This document shows, one piece after another, positions 1-11,500 of a stretch of DNA of 64,000 bases (position 1 is its first letter; each line of letters begins with the position of its first letter). The stretch covers positions 1 to 64,000 of the forward strand of contig JBJHCF010000002.1 in assembly GCA_050506795.1 (NCBI GenBank), in the 5' to 3' direction. The notes under the pieces were generated by a model. It did no database searches, had not been told where the DNA came from, and saw only the letters and a list, made by a program, of their open reading frames with translations. The DNA comes from Opitutia bacterium. GTDB taxonomy: Bacteria > Verrucomicrobiota > Verrucomicrobiia > Opitutales > T3Sed10-336. Both the position numbers and the translations under genes were made by a program.

Positions 1-39
1 CGGTTTTGAGAAGAGGGTAGGTCTTCACTACACGCCGTT

Positions 40-360
40 TTGAACGAGCGACCTCGATTTTATGCGGGCTGGCGGTCGCCAACAGGGCGAAAAAAGTTGG
101 TTTTGCTCCTGAGTAGCGAAAGTCGGGTTAACCTTCGGGTGATTCCACCGGTGGCGTTGGAAGTCGATCGAGCCGCAACTGAGCTTCGACTTGGATTCAG
201 CACCGAGGAAGGCAACGCCTATGTGATCGAAACCTCCCAAAATCTGACAGCCTGGGAGGAATGGATGACGGTTCAGGGGAACGGAACCCGCCAATCCGTT
301 GCCATACCGCCTGATACGGAAGAGGATCACCAATTCTACCGCATACGGGTGGGGCGGTGA
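40..360 (+). CDS. Small ORF or gene remnant consisting of a verrucomicrobial-type C-terminal beta-sandwich domain
   Basis: LRLGFSTEEGNAYVIETSQNLTAWEEW...QFYRIRV resembles the 'Y-x-(V/I)-E-x-S-x-(D/N)-L-x-x-W ... FYR(I/V)' tail of verrucomicrobial secreted proteins. An in-frame TGA at 7-9 means the frame does not continue upstream. Confidence 0.45.
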   Translation: MNERPRFYAGWRSPTGRKKLVLLLSSESRVNLRVIPPVALEVDRAATELRLGFSTEEGNAYVIETSQNLTAWEEWMTVQGNGTRQSVAIPPDTEEDHQFYRIRVGR

Positions 361-436
361 CACCGCTTTGGGGTCGCCGGAACTGGAGCGGAGCGGGCGC
401 GATTGAGACTGCTGCGGCCGCAACAAAAGGAGGCCG

Positions 437-1159
437 TCAGGCCGAGGCGAACCTGATTTCGCCATCCAGCATCGAAATGCGCACATCACATTTGGCGGCG
501 ATTTCCGGGTTGTGGGTCACCATGATGACCGCGTGATCGCTTTCCCGGGCCAGTTCCACCAGGAGATTGGCCACTCGCTCCGCATTGGCCCCGTCCAGGT
601 TTCCCGTGGGTTCGTCCGCCAGAACCACCGATGGCGCATTCGCCAGAGCCCGCGCCACCGCCACTCGTTGCTGCTCGCCGCCGGAAAGGCGGCTCGCCAA
701 CCGGTCCGCTTTGGCCGCCAGGCCGACCCGGTCGAGGAGGTAAGTCGCCCGATCCCGCATCTCGTTCGCCTTGAGCCCTCCCTTGCGGTACATCGGCAAC
801 ATAAGATTCTCCAGTACCGAAAACTCAGGCAGGAGAAAGTGAAACTGGAAGACAAAACCCAGGGTGGAGGCCCGCACACGACTGCGCTCGTCGTCCGAGG
901 CCCGCGACAACGCCACCCCGCCCAGTCTCACCTCTCCCGAATCCGGACGATCGAGCAGGCCCAAAGAATAAAGCAGCGTGCTTTTGCCGCACCCGGAAGG
1001 GCCCTCCACCGCATAGGCCCGCCGCGGCTCGATCTCCAGCGAAACGCCACGCAGGACGTGCACCCGCCCCTCGCCTTCCCCGAGGTAGCGGTGCAGGCTA
1101 TGACAGGAAAGCACGGGATTCCGGTTCGGCGGTTCCAATGTGTTATTCGGATCTCTCAT
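437..1159 (-). CDS. ABC transporter ATP-binding protein (LolD/MacB-like)
   Basis: Walker [19 protein letters not shown], signature [15 protein letters not shown], Walker [12 protein letters not shown]-loop VTH. Confidence 0.95.
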   Translation of the reverse strand: MRDPNNTLEPPNRNPVLSCHSLHRYLGEGEGRVHVLRGVSLEIEPRRAYAVEGPSGCGKSTLLYSLGLLDRPDSGEVRLGGVALSRASDDERSRVRASTLGFVFQFHFLLPEFSVLENLMLPMYRKGGLKANEMRDRATYLLDRVGLAAKADRLASRLSGGEQQRVAVARALANAPSVVLADEPTGNLDGANAERVANLLVELARESDHAVIMVTHNPEIAAKCDVRISMLDGEIRFASA

Positions 1160-1191
1160 TGAAAGCGGTTTTGATCGGTATCATTTTTTTG

Positions 1192-1293
1192 CCACAAAGA
1201 TCACAAGGAACACAAAAAGTTCCTATACCGTTCTAACCTGAAACATTTTGGCCCATCCAAGCTTTGTGCTCTTTGTGTTCTCTGTGGTTAATT
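1192..1293. repeat. Intergenic inverted repeat built from a CACAAAGA(A/T)-type 9-mer unit (REP-like dispersed repeat)
   Basis: ccacaaagatcacaaggaacacaaa (1192-1216) faces ctttgtgctctttgtgttctctgtgg (1262-1287). A further copy is at 3688-3719. Confidence 0.75.
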
Positions 1294-1308
1294 TCCCACA
1301 TCGAAAGA

Positions 1309-2562
1309 TCAGGCGGCGGCATTGCGAATGACGTCTCCCGGTTCAAGCCGGGCCGCCCGACGCGCCGGCAACAGGGTCGCGACAAAGACCACCACCGCGG
1401 CCACCCCGGCGGCCCAGAGATAGTGCGAAAGCGCCCACTCCACGACAAAGTGGTCCGTGGCGAAAATGCCTCGAATGCGAATGGGAATTCTGGATACCAG
1501 GGCAACCAGCGCGGCCCCCAGTGCCCAACCCAGAGCGACCCCGGCCCCCAGAACCATGCCCCCCTGCCAAAGAAACACGGTCATAATATCGGCGCGTCGG
1601 TAACCCATGGAGCGAAGAATGGCGATTTCCCGTTTTTTCTCCATCACGATCATGGCCAGGGTGTTGAACATGCCCAGGCCGGAGATGAGGATAATGGTCG
1701 ACACCGTGAGCGCGGAGGAAACCCGCAACGCCCTGAAGACCTCGAGCCAGGCGCGCTCCCGTTCCTGCCAGCTGTAGGCGAAATGGCCCACCACCGCCTC
1801 CATGCGGGCGGCATCGCGCACCGCGTTTCCCGGATCACGGAGCTCGACTTGCAGAAACGATGCCCCAAAGGGTTTTTTCAAAAGTGAACGGGCTTCTCCC
1901 AGATGCAGATAGACGCGCGTTTGGTCGATCTCGCGCACCCCCGTTTCATAAATCGCCGTGACCCGGTAACCCCGGCTTTGCTCAGCGGTCTCCAGGCGAA
2001 AGGTGTCCCCCACCTGCAATTGCAGCCGCCGCGCCAGTTCGGTTCCGAGCATCGCCCCCTGAGGGGTGCGTTGATAATAACCCAAATCCCCACGCACCAC
2101 CTGCCCGGCCAGATCGGTCACCGCCAAGTGATCTTCAAGCCGGATGCCGTAGACCCAAACGGGATCTCCCCGCACCGCGGTTCGGGCCCGCGCCGAACCG
2201 GAAACCACCTCTGACACTCCGGTGACATTGGAAAACTCCCGCAAGGCCTCGGAAACGGTCGCCGGCTCCTCCACGCCTTCCACATAGTGGCGGCTTTCGC
2301 GGTGCGCGATACGGAACCCCGAAGGGGATTCTTCGCCTCCCGCCTCCATCGTTCGCAGGGTATCCTGAAACCGATCGTGAACCTGTATGGCTCCGCTGGT
2401 TCCCAGGATGGTTTGAATGTAGAAACGCTCGAACCCGCCGGTTTGCGCCTGGGTGAGAATAAAAAACGCCACCCCAAAACCGATACCCGCCAAGCTCATG
2501 GCCATAGCGCGCTTTTTCGACAACAGAAAACGCACCGCGATATGGAACTCAGGGGACATCAT
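1309..2562 (-). CDS. ABC transporter permease (LolC/E, FtsX/MacB family)
   Basis: N-terminal TM helix, large periplasmic domain, EKKREIAILRSMG motif and C-terminal PARRAARLEP. Start placed at MMSPEF (2562/2559), overlapping the MFP stop. Confidence 0.92.
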   Translation of the reverse strand: MMSPEFHIAVRFLLSKKRAMAMSLAGIGFGVAFFILTQAQTGGFERFYIQTILGTSGAIQVHDRFQDTLRTMEAGGEESPSGFRIAHRESRHYVEGVEEPATVSEALREFSNVTGVSEVVSGSARARTAVRGDPVWVYGIRLEDHLAVTDLAGQVVRGDLGYYQRTPQGAMLGTELARRLQLQVGDTFRLETAEQSRGYRVTAIYETGVREIDQTRVYLHLGEARSLLKKPFGASFLQVELRDPGNAVRDAARMEAVVGHFAYSWQERERAWLEVFRALRVSSALTVSTIILISGLGMFNTLAMIVMEKKREIAILRSMGYRRADIMTVFLWQGGMVLGAGVALGWALGAALVALVSRIPIRIRGIFATDHFVVEWALSHYLWAAGVAAVVVFVATLLPARRAARLEPGDVIRNAAA

Positions 2563-3670
2563 TAAGCACCCGCACCCGATCCCCCTCGCGCAATCGGTCG
2601 AGGTTCTCGACCACCACTCGGTCCCCCTCCTCCAATCCGGAAAGGACTTCCGCACGGGTCAGGCTGATGAATCCGGGCTCCACTTCGCGCTCGCGCACCC
2701 GGCCCTCGGACACCACATATACCCGGTTGCCGAATAACGCCCTTCTGGGAACCACCAAAGCGTTCTCCCGCTCGCCCACCAGAATACTCACCTCCCCGCT
2801 CAATCCCGGAATCAGCAAGTCGTCATCCACCTCGACCTCCAGTAAAACGGTGTACCGTTGCGTTTCCGGATCAGCGGCCGGCAAACGGGCGCTCACCCTG
2901 GCGGGAAAGAGGCGCGACCCGTAACCCAGGAACCGAACGGTGGCCGCCTGCCCAACCTCAACGCCCGCGAAGTCCGCTTCGCTCACCGTCGCCTCCACCC
3001 GTCGTTCCGCCGCCAGCAGGCGGGCAAGGGGGGCGCGCGGAGCCACCAAATCCCCCGGATAGGCCAGGATGTCGATCAGGTCACCTTCCACCGGCGCCCG
3101 CAGAGTCATTCTTCCCCGCTGCCTTTCCAGCGACAACAGTTCCTCACGAAGCCCTTCCATGCGCGCCTGGTCGCGGATCCGCTCCCTTTCGATTTCCTCT
3201 CGCAATCGGGCCACCCGAAGCGCCCCCTGTTGAATCTCCAGGGAGGAATACCGTCCTTCCTGCCGCAAAACCTGCATACGCTCGAGTTCTTCCTCGGCTT
3301 CCGACAAATCGTGCCGAAGGGACGATCCGAGTTCCCGCAGGGCCTCTTCGGTTTCCAGTTCCCGGCGAACCCGGGCGATCTCGGAATCAAGATCGCTGGT
3401 ATCCAGAACAAACAAAAGCTCGCCGGCCGTAACTCGTTGTCCCGGCTCCAGTGTTCCTGAAACCACTCGTCCACCGTATTCGGATCGAATTTCGAATCGA
3501 TGCCGGGCGGAGATCTCAACCACTCCGGGCACCGCGCTAACCGCCCGCCCCCGTTCCACCGGCGCCACCTCCACCGGAACCCGGAACCAGGTGAGCACCG
3601 CCCAGAACACCCCCAGCGCGATCACAGGAATCAGCAACAACACCAGAATCCATCGAGATTTACCGTTCAT
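2549..3670 (-). CDS. Periplasmic adaptor (membrane fusion protein) of the ABC efflux system
   Basis: N-terminal anchor, lipoyl half-motifs (GRVV...PGQRVTAGELL; LRAPVEG), coiled coil, and EVLSGLEEGDRVV. Confidence 0.92.
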   Translation of the reverse strand: MNGKSRWILVLLLIPVIALGVFWAVLTWFRVPVEVAPVERGRAVSAVPGVVEISARHRFEIRSEYGGRVVSGTLEPGQRVTAGELLFVLDTSDLDSEIARVRRELETEEALRELGSSLRHDLSEAEEELERMQVLRQEGRYSSLEIQQGALRVARLREEIERERIRDQARMEGLREELLSLERQRGRMTLRAPVEGDLIDILAYPGDLVAPRAPLARLLAAERRVEATVSEADFAGVEVGQAATVRFLGYGSRLFPARVSARLPAADPETQRYTVLLEVEVDDDLLIPGLSGEVSILVGERENALVVPRRALFGNRVYVVSEGRVREREVEPGFISLTRAEVLSGLEEGDRVVVENLDRLREGDRVRVLNDVP

Positions 3671-3687
3671 TTCGCAAGATCGGCATC

Positions 3688-3719
3688 AATTAACCACATA
3701 GAACACAAAGATCACAAAG
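3688..3719. repeat. Dispersed repeat copy, reverse complement of 1262-1293
   Basis: aattaaccacatagaacacaaagatcacaaag matches the reverse complement of 1262-1293 at 30 of 32 positions. Confidence 0.8.
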
Positions 3720-3812
3720 ACAATCGCTTCCATCAAGCTCGAGCAATGCTACCTTTTTTGTTGAAAATGGCACCCATCCAGAAAAGACCTTCGAGGTTTC
3801 GCCCTCACGGCA

Positions 3813-5159
3813 TCAACGGTTTCGGGCAAACCAGAGCACCACCGGATCGCGGCCGGACTCCGAAATCAGCTCCGCCCACGCCATAAGGTAAGCGGCACGC
3901 TTTTCTCCGGCTGCCAGCCGCCTCTCGGCCATAAGCACTTCGCTGCGCGCCACTTCGATCGCCGAAAGACGTCCCGCCTCAAAATCCGCCCGGGCCCGTT
4001 CGAGCGACGCTTCAACCAGGTCCAACCGCCGGTCGGCCAACTCCATTTCCCGCTTGCTGAACTCCAACTGGCTTTCCAGGTACTCAAGATCGTAATGCCA
4101 ATCGTTCTCCAAACGCCCACGACGATTCTCCTCCAGCCTTAAACGCGAAGAAGCCGCCGCCCGGCGGCTGCGAGAGGCAAACCCATCGAAAATATTCCAA
4201 TTCACCTCGACCCCGGCAAAAAAGATGGTTCGATCGATATCCCTTCGATCGAACACCGCAACCTGATCCTGCAGGACGCCCGCCACCAGATCCAGGTTGG
4301 GTCGTGCCCGCGAACGCTCCGCCTCGCGTCGACGCTCTGCTTCCAACACCCGTTGATCGGCCGCCTGCAAAAAAGGAGGTCGGCTACGACCTTCCAAAAA
4401 GTCGACGAACTGCTCCTCCCAATCAAAGTCTTCCAACAGGGCCATCGATCGGGGAAGGCGCAATTCAGAACTCCGATTCGTTCCAGTCAGACGCGCAAGG
4501 GAACGCAGCGCCAGGTCATGATCCGCCTGGCGACGCTCGCGAACCAAGGTGGCCTCCTCGAGAGCCAGCGCAGAATCAAGGGCTTCATTGTCCTCGATTT
4601 CCCCTCGCTCCAACATTCGCCGCGTGGATCGCCACTCTTGCTCAGCCAAATCCAGTCGGCGTATCGCGACGTCGAGAGCCAGACGGTCGACCACCAACGA
4701 CAGGTACCGTGACCGCACCTCAAGGGCAAGAAGACGAAATGACTCATCCGTATTCCGTCGGGTCAATTCCTCCCGAATTCGCCCAATTCTGTCTTCCGCC
4801 TGCAGCGATCCCCAATGATAGAGCGGTTGCCGAAACGTCAGGCCCGCCTGCGGCTGAAACCCGCTGCGACCACTCTCCAGATCGCTCCTCTCTTCATACC
4901 TCGAGACCATTCTAGCGGTCCCCCGCACCGATGGATAACGCGGGGCTCGCAGGATCGCGGCTTCCTCTGCCGCCTCCGCCTCGCGAAGCAACTCTTCAAG
5001 TATTTGCGGAGCTTCCGTCGCGGCTGTTTTCAGGATCTCCTCCATCTCCGGAAACACCCTGTTAAAAGGATCCTGTTGCCAGGCCAGGTCATCCGAAACA
5101 CCGCGAACCACCGCAACCAAACAAACGGTGGTCGATAGCAACACCGGCAGGAATCGCAT
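3813..5159 (-). CDS. TolC-family outer membrane efflux protein
   Basis: Signal peptide from MRFLPVLL, two OEP-like halves (PRYPSV...RQPLYHWG; RPNLDL...WNIFDGF), long helices, and position beside the MFP and ABC genes. Confidence 0.88.
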   Translation of the reverse strand: MRFLPVLLSTTVCLVAVVRGVSDDLAWQQDPFNRVFPEMEEILKTAATEAPQILEELLREAEAAEEAAILRAPRYPSVRGTARMVSRYEERSDLESGRSGFQPQAGLTFRQPLYHWGSLQAEDRIGRIREELTRRNTDESFRLLALEVRSRYLSLVVDRLALDVAIRRLDLAEQEWRSTRRMLERGEIEDNEALDSALALEEATLVRERRQADHDLALRSLARLTGTNRSSELRLPRSMALLEDFDWEEQFVDFLEGRSRPPFLQAADQRVLEAERRREAERSRARPNLDLVAGVLQDQVAVFDRRDIDRTIFFAGVEVNWNIFDGFASRSRRAAASSRLRLEENRRGRLENDWHYDLEYLESQLEFSKREMELADRRLDLVEASLERARADFEAGRLSAIEVARSEVLMAERRLAAGEKRAAYLMAWAELISESGRDPVVLWFARNR

Positions 5160-5279
5160 CGTCCAGACGCAATTTCCACCTATGCGAGGTGTTTTGCGCT
5201 GATACGAAGCCTGCACCGCTTACAATCTACTTAGACAAAACCGCTTCCTGTTTTGCAGGAAGCGGCCATGCATAGAAAA

Positions 5280-5483
5280 TCACGGACCGGGCGGCTGAGA
5301 ACCCGGCGGCGGCGGTGGCTGAGTATCGGGATCTTCAGCCGGCGGCGCGGAATCCGGCGCACTGCGTCCGCCGTTGCTGCTGCTACTGCTGCTTCCTCCG
5401 CTACACCCGGTCAACAATGCCGCTACCAAAACCAACAGACCCACCAGACCCAGAAAACCGAAGTTCTTAAACTGTTTTTTCAT
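5280..5483 (-). CDS. Small Ser/Pro-rich lipoprotein
   Basis: MKKQFKNFGFLGLVGLLVLVAALLTG-C lipobox followed by a low-complexity S/G/P tail. Co-oriented directly after the 2009-aa gene. Confidence 0.7.
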   Translation of the reverse strand: MKKQFKNFGFLGLVGLLVLVAALLTGCSGGSSSSSSNGGRSAPDSAPPAEDPDTQPPPPPGSQPPGP

Positions 5484-5512
5484 CAACATAACAAATCTAT
5501 TCCTTGGCGTTA

Positions 5513-8500
5513 TCAATCAACCTGTTGCCACTCGTCGATCTTGTAGTTGAAGAACCAGCGGCCATTCGGATTTCCCCCTTCATAGTAGAACAACCATGTC
5601 TGTTCGGAATCCAGGTACATAAACGGATACACGGATGAATTCGTCCACACCCACGATCTCAGGATCTGATCGTAAGTCCAATCTGTATCATTGGAAGGAC
5701 GATACCACCACCCGTGCTCGGCATGTCTTATCCACCCGGAGTGGGTGCCATAGTCGAAATTGCGATCATCGTATCGCCCAAGCCAATCCGACTCCTTGGT
5801 GTTTAGTTCCACCTGAACCACAGATCCGAAGAAGGTTCTGATACTGTTAATATAGGCTGGACTTCCCAGGGCAACTCCAACTGCGTCGGTTCTGCTGCCG
5901 GAGTGCAATTGACTACGGGTTGCGGAATCCGGAATTTCCTGAGTCAAACCATAATACATCGCAACCCGCCGATGATTCTCACGCACCGCACTTGGGATGC
6001 GAACAGTGACCGAGGATTGCGGATTCTCCTCATCGAAGAACAGGAGTCCGCCAATCAAGGCCACAGCATAATTCGCACGCCCAATTTCTTCGACGCCCTC
6101 ACCTCCCTCAATGAGAAGATTGCCACGCACCAGATCGACACTGCTAGGGCTACGACCGAAATTCGAGAACAGGAACTCGATGTACTCCCGATTCAAACCG
6201 GCGAGGAAGGAACCACCGTAGCGACTGACAAACTCCGCCGAGGTTAACAGCGAGTTGGCCAATTGGATCAACCCGAGGATCCGCTCCTCATTGCCAACGA
6301 TCAAGCCGTCGGGCAATTCGTCGGGCAGGTCAACATCATCGTCGTCATCGAGCCCTTCGAACATTCGAATCATTCCGACAGCCTCCTGCATTTCGGCATC
6401 GGTGGGAGGACGGCCGAGAATGACCCAATAAGCACTGTAGGCATTGACCAGGGTTTCTTCAAAATCCTGGCTGCTCATCAGATCTGCGATAAACCTTTGC
6501 CGGGAAATCGCTCCGCTCGCCAATCGTGAGTTCGCCTGCTGCAACTCCAGCTCAGTCGGTTGTCTCCCAAGCAGACTGGAATATCCCCGCCTCACAAAAT
6601 CCGAGCTTCTGGCGATTGGATCAATTTGGCTGACCGTTACCGTGGCCACCCGCGAAGAGGCAACCTCCCCGCGATTGTCTCGAGCACGAGCGACAATGGA
6701 GTAAGTCCCCACCTGATCCGGCTGCCAATTGAAGGCATAAGGAGTCGCCGCCACGGTAGCCTCGACCAATCCGTTAATCAAAAACTCCACCGATTGGATT
6801 ACGGCCCCGCCGTGCCCGGTGTTGGCGAATGCGGAGGCGCGCAACTGGTGGGCAACCCCCAAACTCAATTGGGCGCCGTCCACGGGATTAATCAGATTCA
6901 CGAATGGCGGAAAGGTCGGTTCCGGCTGGTCAATCTCGGTCGGGAAGTTTCTATCATGGATAAAGATATTCCTAAATCCATTGTTGTTGATGGGATTCCG
7001 GTTGGTCATTCCGGCCGAAAGCGCGCCGCCGCGAAAACCACCATCGCCGGCATTTGGCTGCGGCGCGGGGGCGGTCCGGAAGGTGAAAGGACCATTGTCC
7101 GAAACAAAGATGACATAACGACCATCGGCGCTCATGACGGCGTTGCGGCTCGAACTGGGCACATTCAGGGTTGTGGTGTCGAATTCTCCGACACCAGGGG
7201 ATTCCCCAAAACGGTTGACGCTGACCCTTTCGTTGATATTGGTCTCCCGGTCGCGAATGTAAATCCGAGAAGTCATTCCGCTCTCAGTGAAGTTCTGAAT
7301 CCGGTCCTGTAACACGATTTCCTGGCTGAAAACGATCGGATTGTCGTCATCCGTCGTCTCGATCGGCCCCCCAATAGCAGTAGACAACACCGGACCATAA
7401 ACATTCGGGAAGATCACACCGTCCGAACGTTCGACTGTCAAAGGTTGCAGACCGGTGGTGGAGAAGAAACCAGGCGGGAAGATTACACCGTTATCGAAAT
7501 CAAAATCAAAATCAAAATCGAAATCGAATACGGTGACGGCCCCATGGGTACGGAACGAAACGTAACGTCCGTCCGCGCTGATCGCCGGTTCCAACGAACC
7601 GAAGGAACTGAAGGTTTCAAGCGGTGTGAGACTGATGGCCTCAGTCACAAATCCGCCCGGGACCGCTTCGTCGTAGACTCCCGTTTCGTTGGCATCACGA
7701 TCATGGACATAAATTTGCGGCAATCCGTTGCCCTGGAACCCACCTCCGCTCATTCCGGAGACCTGGAACGAAGGAATGACTGCGGGCAAAGTCGTAATCG
7801 CGACATTCCCGACCGGCCCAGGAGTCCAGTTGGTGAGGTTGGCGCTGGGCGCGCCCCCTTGAATACCAGGAACCACTGCAATCTGCAGATCAGAGTCGCG
7901 CAGGGCATCAATCAAATTCTCAAAGGTAATGGCAACCTGCTCGTTCGGTCCCAGCACCACCGGCACGTTTCCGGGAGATTCCTCCCCTTCTTCCTCCACG
8001 AATTCAAAGGTCGTGACAATACTGCCGTCACTCAAGGAGAAGCTCTCCCCGGGCACCGGGTTATTGCGCCCTTCAAGCAACTCCACCGTAACACCTTCGG
8101 GGAAATTCTCGGCGATCACAAACACATGATTGGGATCGGGAATGGCACCCCGCCGGTTGTTAACGACCCTAATGGCGGGATTCTCGGCGGTGACATCAAT
8201 CACGGTCACATTGAGGTTCGACTCCGAGATAGCCCGAAACAGATAATCCCTGGTGTCCGCGGCGCTCTGACCAACGGGCACGCCAATGACGCCCGGACCT
8301 GCGCCAACCCCCTCATCGATAAACTCGAAGGTCGCGGAGTTTGCCGTATCGTTGAAACTCAACACCGCCCCATCTCGAGGCAAATGAAACTCGCCGTCTT
8401 GAGTGGGTATCGGGAATTCCTGAAAAACTCCCGGATCGCCCGTGAAGTCGATGTTAAGAACGATTGTACTTACCCCACCGGGGGTAATATTTGAAATGAG

Positions 8501-11500
8501 AAGTTCGGAACCGTTGCCGTCAATGGTAGACACCGAAACCCAGGGAAGATTGAGTCCCCGAACCCGTTGCAGCAGGTTGCCGAGGGTTTCGTCTCCACTG
8601 TCACTGGAAGGCACCCAGAGATTATTGGAGCCCACCGATCCATCCGGGGAGTACTCCAAAGTGATCGCGCTCTTAAGCAGACCATGCTCGTAGAGCACTT
8701 GGGTGGTTCCCGGGTCGACGGACACCAGCGCGCCGCCCTCCATACTTTCCGCCGGGAAAGTGACCCAGATTACCGGCTCCTCTTCCTCATCGGGATCGTC
8801 CGGATCATCGGGATCGTCTGGATCGTCCGGATCGTCGGGCTCAGGCGGTACGGGAGCAAATGCAAAAGCGAGATTTCCCTGGGCTCCGACCTCGTTGTAA
8901 AGGAGCGTGATGGCCGGTTCGCCATCTTCGTCGGTTCCAGCGGTAGCGGTAAGATTCAAGACCGATCCCTGGATCGCCAGCAGGAGTCGGTCACGACTCT
9001 CTTCGACGTCCTCGCCAATGACAATAAGCACGGTTGCCGGATCCCGGAGGTCGATCACTTCGTCCTCGAAATCAAAATCCGGATCATCTTCATCCTCTTC
9101 AAACTCTTCGACAAAAACGAAATTGACCGGACCGATGGCAATATTGGCGCCGACTTCCGGGTCCGGGTTGGCGCGGAGGCTGATAGTACCCGTAGCGGGC
9201 GTATCTCCCACTCCTTCCGGCAGGTCGTCGAAATCGAACAGGGCGTTGATGTAGCGAACCAAATTGCCACGGGTGACCTCGAGACTCGGCCCGACAATGA
9301 CGGGAATTGCGGCGGGAGAAAGCCCGATTTCCGGATCAAACTGGATCCCGGCGCCGACAAACTGGAAAACTTGAGTGGTCCCCTGATGTTCGAAAACGTA
9401 GAACTCACCCGTCGAAGGATTCTCAGCCAAGGGGCCGACCAGGAACGTTCCTCCGGTGGTGGGGTTGGAGATGTTCGGAAGATCCAGTGCCATCAAATCC
9501 TCAATTGCACTGGCAATATTGTCGCGAGTTCCGCGTGCGGTTCCGGCGATTTGAATTTCATTCGGCGCCTGGGGATCACCGGTTACAAACGTAAAGACCG
9601 ACTCCAGTCCGGGACGGGTTTCGACGATCAGTTGATCGCCTGCCGACACGTTGTTGGTGGTGGCGCCGTCCATTCCTTCAATGTCAAGCACGCCATCCAC
9701 GTTCGTGGTCTGCATCGGCTGATTACCCGCCTCACCCTGGGCGGTGTTCTCCAGCAGGATGATCGGATTGGGGGACTCGCCCTCACTCATTGCGGCGGTA
9801 GCGCTGATGGTCAATTGGGACGCGTTGATGGCATCCCGCAGACGATTGCGGGTGGCTTCGCGGTTTGAGCCAACGACCAACCGCACATTCCCTTCCCCGA
9901 GTTGATACCCTTGGGCCACGGAGTTGGCAAACTCCCAGGTCACCGAATTGACACCGTCGTCGATCGTGATGGTACGCCTTTCAACCGTGTTCGGGACGGG
10001 ATTCTCCAAAAACTCGATCGAACCGGTGGCATTCACATCCGGAGTAAAGCTTAACAATCCGGTGGCCGGAACGGTCTCAGGAAAAGTGATTGTGGCCTGC
10101 TCGGGACGTCCGGACAACGTAACCGAACCGGTGGCCGGGCTGTTAAAGAGATTCAACGCTTCGGAAACAAAGGCAATGTATCTGCCGTCGGGTGTAATCG
10201 CCGGGCTATAGCTGTGATCGTCGGCAGGAAATGAACCGCCGGCCATGTCGAACCCGACACTCACCGGTACGGTCCGGTTGGAACTGCGATCATGAACGAA
10301 GACCTCCCAATTCGCACTGGCCGATCCGAGGTTGGTGGCCCGGGACTGAAACGCGATGTGACCGGCATTGCCGCTGATGACCGGATTGCGGCTGTGCCCG
10401 CCAATGGCCTGGGACCCGCCGTCGGTGACATTCACCCGGCGAACGGCACCGGTGTTCAGGTTGTAAAGGTAGATGTCCGCGAAATTGTTGGTGTCCTGCC
10501 CCGGAGGGAGGAGATTGCTCGCTTCCGATTCGAAGGCCACGAAACGATGGCCGCTCACGGGATCCGGATCGCTAATGCTGGCGTTGAAACTGGGCCCATT
10601 GGCCGCTCCTCCATTAGCGCCCTTTGAAATTCGCTGGAGGCTTCCGGTGATGCGGTCAAAAACATAGATGTCGGCGTGGGTGTTAACCGGTCCGGATACA
10701 AGGTTGGTGGCCGTGGAATGAAAGGTGACAAATCGACCGTCGGGGCTGATCTTGGGGTTCAAACTGTTGCCGTTGGAGAATTCGAGCAAGGCGGCGGGTT
10801 TGCTCACCAAAGTCACCGATCCATCGTTCCGGTCCTGAAGGAAAATGTCGGATACATTGGGAGAGGGCGTTCCGGTAGGGACTTCATCGTCATCGTCATC
10901 ACCCACACCAACAACCGGTGCCGATAGATTGGTTGCGGTGGAGGCAAAAACCACAAACCTGCCGTCGGCGCTCACCGATGGGTTTTCACTGTTTCCGTCG
11001 GTGCTGAAAACGCCATCTGATACGTTAAAATCAAAAAGCTCGTCGGAGATATTCGGGGAGCCGAAACTTCGGCTTAGCAATGAGGTGGTCGGAAACCGCC
11101 CCATTCCCTCGGACTGAAGGACGATGTTCACCGAACTCGAATGCGTGATGGCGGGCGACACAGGACCAATATCGCCGTAAAGTTCGAAGGTAACGTAAAA
11201 TTCACCGGTTAGGTTACCCGGCATGAACTGCACCCATTCGTATTGGTGTGACTGTGTGGGATAGAGCGTGCCGGAAAAGGTCTGCAACATGTGGTCCGAC
11301 GATTGCCGAAAGTTTTCGGCCGGGGGGCCGGGAGTCAGGTGGACGTCGAGCCAGTAATCGGCACCACCGCCCGGTGCTTGAGCGCCATTCTGAATCGTAA
11401 CCGACATCATTACGGGATCGCCCGGAAAATAGGTGCCGTTTTCGACCGAGAAAGACACCACGGAATTTTGCCCGAAGGCGTTTACCCAAAAAATTAAAGG

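Noticed and set aside
7490..8840. (DF)n and (DDP)n tandem repeats in the 2009-aa gene as phase-variation tracts
   Set aside because: The units are 6 and 9 bp with synonymous variation, so they keep the frame; they are acidic linkers.
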